A DNA stretch of 64,000 nt from Candidatus Omnitrophota bacterium (GTDB taxonomy: Bacteria > Omnitrophota > Gorgyraeia > Gygaellales > Profunditerraquicolaceae). Location of the stretch: positions 64,962-128,961 of the forward strand of contig JACQXK010000065.1 of NCBI GenBank assembly GCA_016208765.1, read 5' to 3'. Shown in pieces: positions 48,973 to 59,380 of the stretch. Below the pieces are notes generated by a model. The model saw nothing but the letters and a program-made list of their open reading frames with translations. It searched no databases and was not told where the DNA came from. The position numbers were made by a program, and so were the translations under genes. Position 1 is the first letter of the stretch. Every line of letters starts with the position of its first letter.

Positions 48973-49460
48973 AATTATTAAAAGCAGTAACAAAATCATT
49001 TCTTAATTCACTAAGGCCGCTTGTTGAGCAAGCAGCAAGATTTTATGGGATTGAGGTTAGGAGGAGTTTTGTTGTGTATGGGCAAAATAATCTAGTTTTC
49101 GAAGAGGAGCAATCTTGTCTGGAAAGATTTGTACCGAAATCAACGTATTTCAACGTCAGGTCAGGAAATATTCATGTAGGCAAGAATACCATGTTTGGGG
49201 AGAATGTTATGGTTATTACTGGAAAACACATGGATGTTGCCGAGTCAGGAGAGAAAGGGTTGCCTCTTTACAGTGTTCCTACAGAAGGAAGGGACATTTC
49301 TATTGGAGAGAGTTGCTTTATAGGTAGTGGAGCAATTATTTTAGGTAAGGTTAATATTGGAGATTTTTCTGTTATTGGCGCAGGGGCAGTTGTTACAAAA
49401 GATGTGCCTGAACGCGTTTTTGTTGCCGGTACTCCGGCTAAGATCATAAAAAAATTATAG
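48969..49460 (+). CDS. Hexapeptide-repeat acyltransferase
   Basis: IGESCFIGSGAIIL..V.IG..SVIGAGAVVTKDVP..AGTPAK. Confidence 0.85.
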   Translation: MKLLKAVTKSFLNSLRPLVEQAARFYGIEVRRSFVVYGQNNLVFEEEQSCLERFVPKSTYFNVRSGNIHVGKNTMFGENVMVITGKHMDVAESGEKGLPLYSVPTEGRDISIGESCFIGSGAIILGKVNIGDFSVIGAGAVVTKDVPERVFVAGTPAKIIKKL

Positions 49461-49465
49461 AAAAT

Positions 49466-50986
49466 ATGGAAAACAAAGAATTTAAGGTTTTGTTGATTTA
49501 TCCTGCGCTTTTTATGCAAACTGGGTTGCCTTTAGGGGTATCCTCTTTGGTGGCGACGTTAAAGAAGAGGGGTATTGACTGTAAAGTATTTGATACAGTC
49601 TTCTATCAGGATTCCGGAGAGGTTGATGAAAACATTGAAAGGGCGGTAACATTGCATTCGGTAAAAGCGGTAGATTATAATTCAGTAGGAATGCTGCCCA
49701 ATAGCAGTTCTATGGAGGAAGATCTATCCCGAATTATGGCTGAATATAAACCGGATTTAGTCGGTTTAAGCGCCATAGAATGTATTTTTGAACGAGGGAT
49801 CAAATTAACTCGTTTGGCAAAGAAAATTAGCAACGTTCCAGTGATTGCCGGAGGAGTTTTTGCGACGCTTGCTCCAGATATTGTTATCCAGGAAAATTCA
49901 ATTGATTTTGTTTGCGTTGGAGAGGGGGAAGAGGTATTGGCGGACCTGTGCGAGCGTATAAAAAATAAGGAGAGTTATTTAGATGTAAGGGGTTTGTGGA
50001 TTAAAGATAGCGGGAAGATTCTTAAGAATAAGGCAATGCCATTGCAAACGCTTGATTCGGTTATTGAACCGGATTTCTTTGAATTTAACCCCAAGCTTTT
50101 TTACCGGCCTATGCAGGGGAATCTTTTTAAGACAATCCCAGTAGAATTTGCCCGTGGTTGCCCTTATCAGTGCACATATTGCGCAGAACCATCTTTGAGC
50201 AGGTTCTACAAAGCTTCTGGAGAGACGGGTTATTTTAGGACCAAGTCAATGAAAAGAGTTATTTCTGAAATTAAGAAAGGAATGGAGCTATATAAGCCAG
50301 AATTTTTCTATTTTGCTACCGAGACTTTTCTAGCGATGAGCGATGAAGCATTTGACGAATTTTATAATGGATATAAAAAAATTAAGCTTCCATTCTGGAT
50401 TCAAACCCGCATAGAGACTATTACTGATGAGCGGATTCAAAAGCTTAAAGAAGTGGGGCTCTTTTGGTTGACCATAGGAATAGAGCACGGTAATGAGGAT
50501 TTCCGGAAAAAATACCTGAAGCGGAATATGAAGAATGAAAGGATCTTTGAAGTAATGAAGATTCTTGATAGATGTGGCCAAGGAGTATCGTTAAATAGCA
50601 TTATTGGGTTTCCTTTTGAGACACGCGAGCTTATATTTGATACAATAATGCTTAATCGTAAACTATCCCAGATTAATAATCGTGTCAGATGTAATATTTC
50701 AATATTTACTCCTTTTAGAGGGTGTGAATTATATGATCTCTGTGTGTCTAACGGTCTTTTTGAGCCTGTCAAATACACGAACCATACAAATGTGAGTAAA
50801 GGAAGCCTGCTTAAATCAAAATTGCTCACGAATCAAGAGCTTAATGGGCTATTCAGGACATTTAATCTTTATGTGTATTTACCGGAAGAATATTTTGAGA
50901 GAATTAGATTAGCTCAGCAACCAACCGATGAAGGCAATAAAGAGTTTTTGTTTTTAAGTAGCAAGCTTAAAGAGTATATGTATTAA
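49466..50986 (+). CDS. B12-binding radical SAM protein
   Basis: PLGV, GGVFAT, GEGE, RGCPYQCTYC, GIEHGN, PFRGC. Confidence 0.88.
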   Translation: MENKEFKVLLIYPALFMQTGLPLGVSSLVATLKKRGIDCKVFDTVFYQDSGEVDENIERAVTLHSVKAVDYNSVGMLPNSSSMEEDLSRIMAEYKPDLVGLSAIECIFERGIKLTRLAKKISNVPVIAGGVFATLAPDIVIQENSIDFVCVGEGEEVLADLCERIKNKESYLDVRGLWIKDSGKILKNKAMPLQTLDSVIEPDFFEFNPKLFYRPMQGNLFKTIPVEFARGCPYQCTYCAEPSLSRFYKASGETGYFRTKSMKRVISEIKKGMELYKPEFFYFATETFLAMSDEAFDEFYNGYKKIKLPFWIQTRIETITDERIQKLKEVGLFWLTIGIEHGNEDFRKKYLKRNMKNERIFEVMKILDRCGQGVSLNSIIGFPFETRELIFDTIMLNRKLSQINNRVRCNISIFTPFRGCELYDLCVSNGLFEPVKYTNHTNVSKGSLLKSKLLTNQELNGLFRTFNLYVYLPEEYFERIRLAQQPTDEGNKEFLFLSSKLKEYMY

Positions 50987-50998
50987 AGGATTCTGCAA

Positions 50999-52648
50999 AT
51001 GAAAATAAAACAAAAAAATGAGCTTAGAATTTTAATGGTTTATCCTAATTTAGCTATGATGTTAGTTCCCTCAATAGCTATCGGATTATTCACAAAAATT
51101 CTAAAAAGAGAAGGATATGCGTTGGATTTATTTGACACCACGCATTATGTTTCTGATGAGAATTCAAGCCCGCAAAATCGCGTCAAATATCTTCAGGCGC
51201 GCAATTTTAAGGAGAAAGAAGACTTAGGAGTAAAAATTAAGACCGATTTACTCGGTGACTTTAGAAAAAAAGTTTTAGAATTTCAGCCGGACTTACTGCT
51301 TATGTCTGTTGTAGAAGATGCTTTTTTGCAAGCAGTTAAAATGTTGGAGGTTATTCAAGATTTACAGATACCACATTTAATGGGTGGCGTATTTCCTACG
51401 GCTTCAGCCCAGCGTTGCATGGATTTCTCTGTTATAAGAGCAGTTGGCTTAGGAGAAGGGGAAAATACGGTTGTGGAATTTGCAGAGGCAATCCGGCTTA
51501 ACAAAAGCCTTGAGGATGTTTCTGGAATATGGTTTAAGGATAGCCAGGGCAATATTCACAAAAATCATCAAGCGCCACTTGTGAATTTAGATATGTGTCG
51601 TCCTGATTTTAGCCTTTTTGAAGAGGCCAGATTTTTCCGTCCGATGGGAGGAAGAATATTTAAAACTATCCCTGTTGAAACATATAGAGGTTGTCCTTAC
51701 GCATGTTCTTATTGTAATTCTCCTATGCAGAAGAATTTCGCTTCAAAATACGGATTGGGAAATTTTTTGCGGCGTAAAAGTATGCAAGCGCTTCATTCAG
51801 AAATTTCCGAGCTTAAAGAAATATTTAGCCCGGAATTTTTCTATTTTATTGATGATAGTTTTCTTGCGCGCCCCCAGGAAGAGATAAACGAATTCTGTGA
51901 AATGTACAGTAAATTTAAATTGCCGTTTTGGTTTAATACACGTCCGGAGAATTGTACTCTTGAAAACATGCAGCAAGTTAAGGATGCTGGGTGCTATAGG
52001 ATTTCATTCGGGATAGAGTGTGGAAATGAAGAATTTCGTAAGAAGATTCTAAACCGTAATGTCAGTAATGCCTACCTGATTGATAAATTCAAACTTATTG
52101 CTGAAAGCGGTATTTCTTTTAGCATTAATCTTATTATCGGTTTTCCTGGGGAGACCCGCGCTTTAGTTATGGACACAGTTGAATTTGTTCGTTCTATTTA
52201 TGGATATGACACATTGACTGTTAGCATGTTTACTCCTTATCATGGTACTGTGTTAAGGGATGTAGCTATAAAAAATGGTTGGCTTGATAATGGTTCTATT
52301 ACTAAACACACAACAGCGCAATCTATGCTTAATATGTCTGCGCCATATTTAAGTGTTGATGAATTAGACGGTTTAATGCGCGTGCTTCCTTTATACTGTT
52401 ATTTTCCAAAAGATGAGTGGAAAAATATCTTTCCTGCTGAAAAAAATGATGAAGAGGGTAACAGAGTTCTTGGATATTATGGAGACATTTATAAAGAAAA
52501 ATTCTTAAAGTTTACCCAAGAAGAAATGAAAGATTTCGTTGTGGATGGTGCAGCTGGATGCAGGGTTAACCCAAAGGATGCTTTTCGGATTAGTCCTTCT
52601 AGGCTGAGTTTAAATGAAATAGAGATGCTAACTTTGAAAGGAATATAA
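50999..52648 (+). CDS. B12-binding radical SAM protein
   Basis: GGVFPT, GEGE, RGCPYACSYC, GIECGN, PYHGT. Confidence 0.88.
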   Translation: MKIKQKNELRILMVYPNLAMMLVPSIAIGLFTKILKREGYALDLFDTTHYVSDENSSPQNRVKYLQARNFKEKEDLGVKIKTDLLGDFRKKVLEFQPDLLLMSVVEDAFLQAVKMLEVIQDLQIPHLMGGVFPTASAQRCMDFSVIRAVGLGEGENTVVEFAEAIRLNKSLEDVSGIWFKDSQGNIHKNHQAPLVNLDMCRPDFSLFEEARFFRPMGGRIFKTIPVETYRGCPYACSYCNSPMQKNFASKYGLGNFLRRKSMQALHSEISELKEIFSPEFFYFIDDSFLARPQEEINEFCEMYSKFKLPFWFNTRPENCTLENMQQVKDAGCYRISFGIECGNEEFRKKILNRNVSNAYLIDKFKLIAESGISFSINLIIGFPGETRALVMDTVEFVRSIYGYDTLTVSMFTPYHGTVLRDVAIKNGWLDNGSITKHTTAQSMLNMSAPYLSVDELDGLMRVLPLYCYFPKDEWKNIFPAEKNDEEGNRVLGYYGDIYKEKFLKFTQEEMKDFVVDGAAGCRVNPKDAFRISPSRLSLNEIEMLTLKGI

Positions 52649-52649
52649 A

Positions 52650-53423
52650 ATGATTATTGGGATTATACCTGCGCGTATGTCCTCCAGCCGCTTCCCTGGA
52701 AAACCTTTGGCAAAAATACTCGGGATTCCCATGGTAGGACATGTGTATTTTAGAAGTAAAATGTGTAAAGCTCTTGACGAAGTTTATGTGGCTACTTGTG
52801 ATAAAGAAATATACGATTATATTTCTTCGGTAGGAGGCAAGGCAGTTATGACCTCGGATAAGCATCAAAGAGCTTCAGATAGAGCCGCTGAAGCAATGTT
52901 AAAAATTGAATTAGATACAGGAAAAAAGACTCAAATTGCAGTAATGATCCAGGGAGATGAGCCAATGCTTGTTCCTGAAATGATAACGAACGCGCTTAAG
53001 CCATTTTCAGAAAATAGCACGATTCAGGTTGTTAATCTCATGGCCGCCCTTTCTTCAAAAGAAGAGTGGAATGATCCTCACGAAATAAAAGTTGTTTGTG
53101 ATTTATCCGGTTTTGCTCTTTATTTTTCAAGAGAGCCGATACCGTCTTGTAAAAAGGACGGAATTAAAATAACGGCGTATAAACAGGTATGCATCATACC
53201 TTTTAAAAGAGATTTCTTGATTAAATTTAATGAACTCAAATCTACTCCTCTTGAACAGGTTGAGTCAGTTGATATGCTTAGGTTGCTGGAACATGGATAT
53301 AAAGTTAAGATGGTTTTCTCCGGGTTAAATACTTATAGTGTTGATACCTCTGATGATTTGAAGAAAGTAGAAAAACTAATTGAAAATGACGAGTTACTCA
53401 AGGCATATTTAAAATACAGATAA
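52650..53423 (+). CDS. KdsB-like CMP-ulosonate synthetase (cytidylyltransferase)
   Basis: IPARMSSSRFPGKPL, QGDEP, YFSREPIP, LEQVESVDMLR, SVDT. Confidence 0.85.
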   Translation: MIIGIIPARMSSSRFPGKPLAKILGIPMVGHVYFRSKMCKALDEVYVATCDKEIYDYISSVGGKAVMTSDKHQRASDRAAEAMLKIELDTGKKTQIAVMIQGDEPMLVPEMITNALKPFSENSTIQVVNLMAALSSKEEWNDPHEIKVVCDLSGFALYFSREPIPSCKKDGIKITAYKQVCIIPFKRDFLIKFNELKSTPLEQVESVDMLRLLEHGYKVKMVFSGLNTYSVDTSDDLKKVEKLIENDELLKAYLKYR

Positions 53424-53436
53424 AGAGATAAAATTT

Positions 53437-54441
53437 ATGAAAGAAGAAGATATCAGAAAAAGGAAAGTTTTTAACAAGTATTTAAGTTTAGTGGCCGAGG
53501 ATGTAAAAAGCTATTTTATTCCTCAGGATTTTGCCAGGATTAATTGTCCGGCCTGCGGTAGTAGAAAATATGATTTTGAATTTAAGAAAATAGAGTTTGC
53601 GTATACATCTTGCAGGAATTGCGCTACGCTTTTTCTTAACCCGCGCCCGCCATTTGATATTTTGAAGAAGTTTTATTCACTTTCTCCGTCCACAAGTTTT
53701 TGGGTAAAAAAGTTTTTTGAGCCTGTTGCCCAGATAAGAAGAGAAAAGATCTTTAGGCCTCGAGCTGTGGCTATAAGCAAATTAATCAAAAAGAAGAAAT
53801 TATTAATTGCGGACATAGGAGCTGGTTTTGGTTTGTTTCTTGATGAACTTAAGAAAATAATGCCAGAAAATGAATATATTGCTATTGAGCCATCAACGGA
53901 AATGGCAGGCATTTGCGCCAGTAAAGGATTGGGGACAGAATGCTGTTGTCTTGAAGAGATGCAGGGCAGGGATGGTAGTTTTGATTTGTTGACTTCTTTT
54001 GAATTAGCGGAGCATTTATATGACCCGCAAGTATTCTTTGAGAAAGTTTATAGTTTGCTTAAGCCCGGAGGAATATTTTTGCTGACAACCTTGAATGGCA
54101 AAGGGTTTGATATACAATTGCTTTGGGAATCTTCAAAAAGTATTTCGCCTCCGCATCACTTAAACTTTTTTAACTTAGTTTCTATCCAGCTTTTGTTGCG
54201 TAAATTAGGATTTGAAATTATCAATATCTCTACTCCTGGAAAGTTAGATTGGGATATTGTAGAAGGAATGATTAAAAATGAAGGTGCTGAGGTTGGTAGG
54301 TTTTGGCATGATTTGGCCTATAATTCTAATGAGAAGATGAAACAGGAGTTTCAGGCATGGATTTCAGGGAATCAACTTAGTTCCCATATGCAAATAATTG
54401 TAAGAAGGCCTTTAATTAAAACCCGGAGACATAAGATATGA
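53437..54441 (+). CDS. Class I SAM methyltransferase with N-terminal Zn-binding motif
   Basis: CPAC..CRNC, DIGAGFG, EH, HLNFF. Confidence 0.85.
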   Translation: MKEEDIRKRKVFNKYLSLVAEDVKSYFIPQDFARINCPACGSRKYDFEFKKIEFAYTSCRNCATLFLNPRPPFDILKKFYSLSPSTSFWVKKFFEPVAQIRREKIFRPRAVAISKLIKKKKLLIADIGAGFGLFLDELKKIMPENEYIAIEPSTEMAGICASKGLGTECCCLEEMQGRDGSFDLLTSFELAEHLYDPQVFFEKVYSLLKPGGIFLLTTLNGKGFDIQLLWESSKSISPPHHLNFFNLVSIQLLLRKLGFEIINISTPGKLDWDIVEGMIKNEGAEVGRFWHDLAYNSNEKMKQEFQAWISGNQLSSHMQIIVRRPLIKTRRHKI

Positions 54442-55367
54442 AAGTATTGATTACCACAGGCTCGTTCGCAGGATTTGATAAAAGACCCTTGGATATGTTA
54501 ACTGATAATGGGTATGAGGTGATAATGAATCCTTTTAAGCGCAAAATTACTAAAGACGAAGCATTGAAATTATATCAAGGTATTGATGGAGTTATAGCCG
54601 GTACAGAATTTATTGATAGCAAGGTTATGGGTTCTGCAGTAAATCTTAAGGTAATTTCCCGTTGTGGCGCAGGGTTAGATAATGTAGATTTAAGTTACGC
54701 AAAAGATAAAGGGATTAAGGTATTTAATACTCCGGATGCTGCAACTGATCCTGTAGCTGAATTAACACTTGGTTTAATTTTGTCTCTTTTGCGGCAGATA
54801 CCTTTTTCTGATCGCAGCCTACGTTTAGGGGTATGGGAAAAACAAATGGGCCGTTTGCTTGCTAAAAAGATAGTCGGTATTATTGGTTTTGGGCGCATTG
54901 GAAGAAGATTAGCAGAATTACTTAAGGGTTTTGGAGTAAAAATTGTTTATAACGACCCTTTTATGCAAAGTTTAGATAAAGAATATGCTACTTTTGAAGC
55001 CTTAAGCCTGACTGAGCTTTTAAAAAACTCTGACATTGTAACTTTACATTTGTCTTATTCAAAGGCTAATTCAAGTTTAATCGGTGAAAAAGAACTCGCG
55101 TTAATGAAAGAGACAGCTTTTTTGCTAAACATTTCTCGCGGAGGAATAATTGACGAAGAAGCTCTTTATGCTGCTTTGAAAACTAAGAAAATTTCTGGCG
55201 CTGCTTTGGATGTTTTTGAAAATGAACCTTATAACGGAAAGCTCAAAGAATTGGACAATGTTATTTTAACTCCACATGTCGGTTCATATGCTTTAGAGGC
55301 ACGTATTGAAATGGAGATAGCAGCAGCAAAGAATCTTATCTTAGGTTTAGAGGGAAAAGCGCTTTAA
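54438..55367 (+). CDS. D-isomer-specific 2-hydroxyacid dehydrogenase (SerA-like, no ACT domain)
   Basis: GLDNVD, GFGRIG, NISRG, LDVFENEP, TPHVG. Confidence 0.88.
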   Translation: MKVLITTGSFAGFDKRPLDMLTDNGYEVIMNPFKRKITKDEALKLYQGIDGVIAGTEFIDSKVMGSAVNLKVISRCGAGLDNVDLSYAKDKGIKVFNTPDAATDPVAELTLGLILSLLRQIPFSDRSLRLGVWEKQMGRLLAKKIVGIIGFGRIGRRLAELLKGFGVKIVYNDPFMQSLDKEYATFEALSLTELLKNSDIVTLHLSYSKANSSLIGEKELALMKETAFLLNISRGGIIDEEALYAALKTKKISGAALDVFENEPYNGKLKELDNVILTPHVGSYALEARIEMEIAAAKNLILGLEGKAL

Positions 55368-55368
55368 T

Positions 55369-56037
55369 ATGAAAGTAAAATATTTGTCTTATATCTTTGA
55401 TAAAAGTAACCCAATTTATAGAAATACTTGCGCTAGCCTTTTGATTAGGGCAAAAAAGTCAATTTCAAAAGGAGATTCTTGCAACGTGTTTAGATTCTCA
55501 ATGGAGAGCCATTGGGGCACTCACGTTGATGCTCCGGCGCATTTCTTTAATAAAGCAAAGAAAATTGCTGATTATAAGCCTGATTTTTGGTTATTTAAAA
55601 AACCTTGTGTGATTAATTTGCCGGTTTCAAGTGAAGAAGTGATAGAATTAAAGGATATTAAATCAAAGGTGAATAATGAACATGATTTGGTATTAATTCA
55701 GACTGGTTTTAGTAAATTTAGAGGCAGTAGAACTTATAGTTTTAATAACCCGGTAGTTGATCCTGAGGTTGGGCTTTGGCTGAGAACAAATAGGCCAAAG
55801 GTAAGGGCGGTTGGTTTTGATTTTATCTCAATTGGTTCTCGGCAAAAAAAAGAGATGGCCAAAATTGCCCACCGCGCGTTTTTAAATCCTAAGTCAAAAG
55901 GCAAGCCAATTTTAATAATAGAGGATATGGATCTTAGAGGAAACCTTTTGGGTTTAAAAGAAGTTTGGTTGGCGCCATTATTAGTTAAGGGAATTGATAG
56001 CGCCCCTTGTGTGGCGCTTGGAATATTAAGAGGATAA
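55369..56037 (+). CDS. Cyclase / kynurenine formamidase family metal hydrolase
   Basis: HWGTHVDAPAHF (HXGTHXDXPXH), GFD, IIED, DSAP. Confidence 0.85.
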   Translation: MKVKYLSYIFDKSNPIYRNTCASLLIRAKKSISKGDSCNVFRFSMESHWGTHVDAPAHFFNKAKKIADYKPDFWLFKKPCVINLPVSSEEVIELKDIKSKVNNEHDLVLIQTGFSKFRGSRTYSFNNPVVDPEVGLWLRTNRPKVRAVGFDFISIGSRQKKEMAKIAHRAFLNPKSKGKPILIIEDMDLRGNLLGLKEVWLAPLLVKGIDSAPCVALGILRG

Positions 56038-56053
56038 TTACAAGGAGCTGGAA

Positions 56054-56962
56054 ATGGAAAAAGCTGTAGTTTTTGGAGGTTCAGGTTTTATCGGTAGTCA
56101 CGTTGCTGATAATCTTGCTGATAGGGGCTATAAGGTTAGTGTTTTTGATAAGCAAAAAAGCCCGTATTTATCCGGAGCTAAAGAGTTTGTTCAGGGGGAT
56201 ATTTTAAATAAGAAAGAAGTGGAGAAAACAGTAAAGGGCAGTGACATAATATACAACTTTGCAGGTGAGGCAGATATTGATAATGCATTAGTCAGCCCGT
56301 TAGATACAATCACTACAAATATAATCGGTAATACAAATATATTGGAAGCTTGCCGTAAACACTCGGTTAAGCGATTTGTTTTTGCCAGCACAGTATACGT
56401 GTACAGCAATTCCGGGTCATTTTACCGTTCAAGTAAGCAAGCTTGTGAATTAATAATTGAGGATTATCATAAACATTATGGATTTGATTTTACAATTTTA
56501 AGATACGGCACGCTTTATGGGCCGCGTGCAGACAGGCGCAACTGGCTGTATTCTGCGTTAAAAGACGCGATAGAAAAGAAATGTATCACAAGAAAGGGTG
56601 ATGGCGAGGAGATCCGCGAGTATGTTCATGTATATGATGCCGCTAATCTTAGCGTAGAAATATTAAAAGAAAAATATAAGAATCAATATGTGATGATTAC
56701 AGGTAACCAGCAGATACGAATAAAAGATTTGATGAAGATGGTCCAGGAAATTTTAGGCAAATCAGTCAAATTAAAGTTTATGAAATCAGATCAAGAGCAG
56801 CATTATGAGATAACGCCTTATAATTTTAGCCCTAAACTGGCAAAGAAGATAGTCGGAGACCATTATATAGACTTGGGGCAGGGAGTCCTTGATCTGATTA
56901 ATTTATTGTATGTAAATTTAAATCATAAAGGAGAGCGTGATATTAAAAAAAGTAATCTATGA
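56054..56962 (+). CDS. NAD-dependent epimerase/dehydratase
   Basis: GGSGFIG, AST, YRSSK, RYGTLYGP. Confidence 0.87.
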   Translation: MEKAVVFGGSGFIGSHVADNLADRGYKVSVFDKQKSPYLSGAKEFVQGDILNKKEVEKTVKGSDIIYNFAGEADIDNALVSPLDTITTNIIGNTNILEACRKHSVKRFVFASTVYVYSNSGSFYRSSKQACELIIEDYHKHYGFDFTILRYGTLYGPRADRRNWLYSALKDAIEKKCITRKGDGEEIREYVHVYDAANLSVEILKEKYKNQYVMITGNQQIRIKDLMKMVQEILGKSVKLKFMKSDQEQHYEITPYNFSPKLAKKIVGDHYIDLGQGVLDLINLLYVNLNHKGERDIKKSNL

Positions 56963-57597
56963 GAGACCTAAGCTTTTTAAAAGTAATTATTTTTGATTTT
57001 GACGGAGTTATTGCCGAGTCTTTGGATGTAAAGACTAAAGCTTTCAGGCAGCTTTTTAAAGATTATCCGGAAAAAGTTGATGCTATCGCAGAATTTCATC
57101 TTGAAAATGGAGGAATGTCAAGATTTGACAAATTCAGGTATATCTATAAGATTATTTTAAAAGAGGAGTTAGATAACGAAACTTTTTTAAGGCTCTGCCA
57201 GGATTTTAAAATGCTGGTAGTTGATGAAGTGGTTAATTCTGTGCTGGTTAAGGGGGTAAAGGAGTTTTTGGAGTTCTATAAAAAAGAGCTACCTATGTTC
57301 GTTGTCTCTGCAACACCGCAAGATGAAATAATTGAAATAGTAAAAAGAAAGAATCTTTTGGATTATTTTCATGGCATATATGGTTCTCCGGAAAAAAAGG
57401 AAAATTTAATCAGGCGCATTCTTAGCAATGGGTATCTTGCAAAACAAACACTTTTTATAGGCGATTCCAAGAACGATTATCAAGCAGCAGAGGAAACCGG
57501 AGTTTTGTTTGCGGCAAGGATTAGTAACGATAAATCTGAATGGTTAAGAAACGCAAACGCTATTTTTACTTTTAAAGGATTTGATGAGCTTAGTTAA
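56959..57597 (+). CDS. HAD-family hydrolase/phosphatase
   Basis: DFDGV, VSAT, K, IGDS..D. Confidence 0.87.
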   Translation: MRDLSFLKVIIFDFDGVIAESLDVKTKAFRQLFKDYPEKVDAIAEFHLENGGMSRFDKFRYIYKIILKEELDNETFLRLCQDFKMLVVDEVVNSVLVKGVKEFLEFYKKELPMFVVSATPQDEIIEIVKRKNLLDYFHGIYGSPEKKENLIRRILSNGYLAKQTLFIGDSKNDYQAAEETGVLFAARISNDKSEWLRNANAIFTFKGFDELS

Positions 57598-58384
57598 GAA
57601 CGATTCTTTAGAAACTATCAACCAGACGACCAAAGAAGCTTGGGTTGAGAATTGGCGAAGCATAGAAATTGAAAAAATATTAGAGATTTTTAATTATCCC
57701 AGAGTTAAAAAGATTATGGATATCATTATGCCATATCTTTTTAAAGAGGGCATTTGCCTTGAGGCGGGATGCGGGCTTGGCCCGTATCTTATTAAAATAA
57801 GCTCTCTGGGCTACAATATGGTTGGAATAGATTACCAAGTAGAATGTTTAAGAAAAATTAAGGAATTCCAGGATAAGCAAAAGGTGTTAACTGCGGATGT
57901 CCGTAGGACTCCCTTTCAGGACAATATTTTTAATACTTATCTATCTTTTGGAGTAATTGAACATTTTCCAGAAGGCCCTGTCGAGGCGTTAAAAGAGGCT
58001 TATAGAGTACTTAGGCCTAATGGCAAATTGCTTGTTTTTGTACCGTATTATAATATCCTAAAGCGATTAAAAGCGCCTTGGGAATTTTTAAAGTCAAATA
58101 AACTCTTGCGGGGCTTATTTGGTAAAAAGGAGAAAATGATTTATTATCAGCGGTATTTTAAAGCCAAAGAACTTGAGGATGAAATGAAAAAGGCTAATTT
58201 TGTTATTGATAAAACTATTCCCGTTGATCACATTTTTAGTTTAGTGGAATTCAGCAGTATTTTCCGTGATAGACACACCTACGACGGAGAGAATAAACTG
58301 GCTGTTTATTTAGGAAACTTTCTGGAGAAATTTTTTCCTTGGATGAGTGCTGGTTCGCTTCTTTTTGTCTGTCATAAAAGTTAA
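57584..58384 (+). CDS. Class I SAM-dependent methyltransferase
   Basis: LEAGCGLG, GVIEHF, RVLRPNG. Confidence 0.87.
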   Translation: MSLVKNDSLETINQTTKEAWVENWRSIEIEKILEIFNYPRVKKIMDIIMPYLFKEGICLEAGCGLGPYLIKISSLGYNMVGIDYQVECLRKIKEFQDKQKVLTADVRRTPFQDNIFNTYLSFGVIEHFPEGPVEALKEAYRVLRPNGKLLVFVPYYNILKRLKAPWEFLKSNKLLRGLFGKKEKMIYYQRYFKAKELEDEMKKANFVIDKTIPVDHIFSLVEFSSIFRDRHTYDGENKLAVYLGNFLEKFFPWMSAGSLLFVCHKS

Positions 58385-58405
58385 CCCAAAAATGAAGGAG
58401 GGTTC

Positions 58406-59356
58406 ATGAAATTAATTATACAAATTCCTTGTTACAATGAAGAAGGCTCGTTGCCGGTGGTAATTAGGGCTTTGCCCCGGAAGATAGAAGGTGTTGACAA
58501 GATTGAGATTTTAGTAATAAATGATGGCAGTGCCGATAATACTTCTAATGTGGCCAAAGGCCTTGGCGTTGAACATATCTTGGAGCTTCCTTATCATCGC
58601 GGTTTAGCTGAAACTTTTCGCGCAGGCCTTGAAGAGTCTTTGCGGTTAGGGGCTGATATTATTGTAAATACAGACGGAGATAATCAGTATCAGGCAGAAG
58701 ATATCTCTAAATTGGTTGAGCCGATTTTAAAGAAAAGGGCGGAAATTGTGATTGGGTGCAGGGATATATTTACAATTAAACATTTTTCGATTACAAAGAA
58801 AATCCTTCAGAATTTCGGAAGTTATATTGTTAGAAAATTCTCAAATACAAGCATTCCGGATACGACATCTGGCTTTCGCGCTTATTCAAGGGATGCTGCT
58901 TTAAGGATGAATGTGTTTTCTCGTTATACTTACACGCTTGAAACGATCATTCAGGCAGGCAGGAAAGAAATTCCTATTGCGTGCGTTAGTGTCAGGACAA
59001 ATGAAAAAATACGCGAATCAAGGCTGATTAAAAGCATTCCCTCATATATCAAAAGATCAATAGCAACAATTTTAAGGATTTATCTTATGTATGAGCCGAT
59101 GAGTTTTTTCGTCCGTCTCGGGTCTTTGTTTTTACTCGGAGCTTCTATGCTGGGAGTACGTTATTTATATTTCTTTGCTTTTGGGTCAAAACACGGCGGA
59201 CATATCCAGTCTCTCATTTTAGCTATAATTTTTTCTGTTTTAGGGATACAGCTTATTTTTATCGGTTTTTTAGCAGATATAATTGCTGCAAACAGAAAAC
59301 TTTCAGAAGAAATCTTATATAGGCAGAGAAAAGAGCACCTAAAACCTGTAAAATAG
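58406..59356 (+). CDS. GT2 family glycosyltransferase with two C-terminal TM helices
   Basis: IPCYNEE, DGSAD, TDGDNQY, DTTSGFRA. Confidence 0.87.
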   Translation: MKLIIQIPCYNEEGSLPVVIRALPRKIEGVDKIEILVINDGSADNTSNVAKGLGVEHILELPYHRGLAETFRAGLEESLRLGADIIVNTDGDNQYQAEDISKLVEPILKKRAEIVIGCRDIFTIKHFSITKKILQNFGSYIVRKFSNTSIPDTTSGFRAYSRDAALRMNVFSRYTYTLETIIQAGRKEIPIACVSVRTNEKIRESRLIKSIPSYIKRSIATILRIYLMYEPMSFFVRLGSLFLLGASMLGVRYLYFFAFGSKHGGHIQSLILAIIFSVLGIQLIFIGFLADIIAANRKLSEEILYRQRKEHLKPVK

Positions 59357-59380
59357 CAGATTTTGTTTTATATTATTCTT

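Noticed and set aside
54438-55367. Housekeeping serA
   Set aside because: Lacks regulatory domains and lies within a sugar-modification module, so no symbol was assigned
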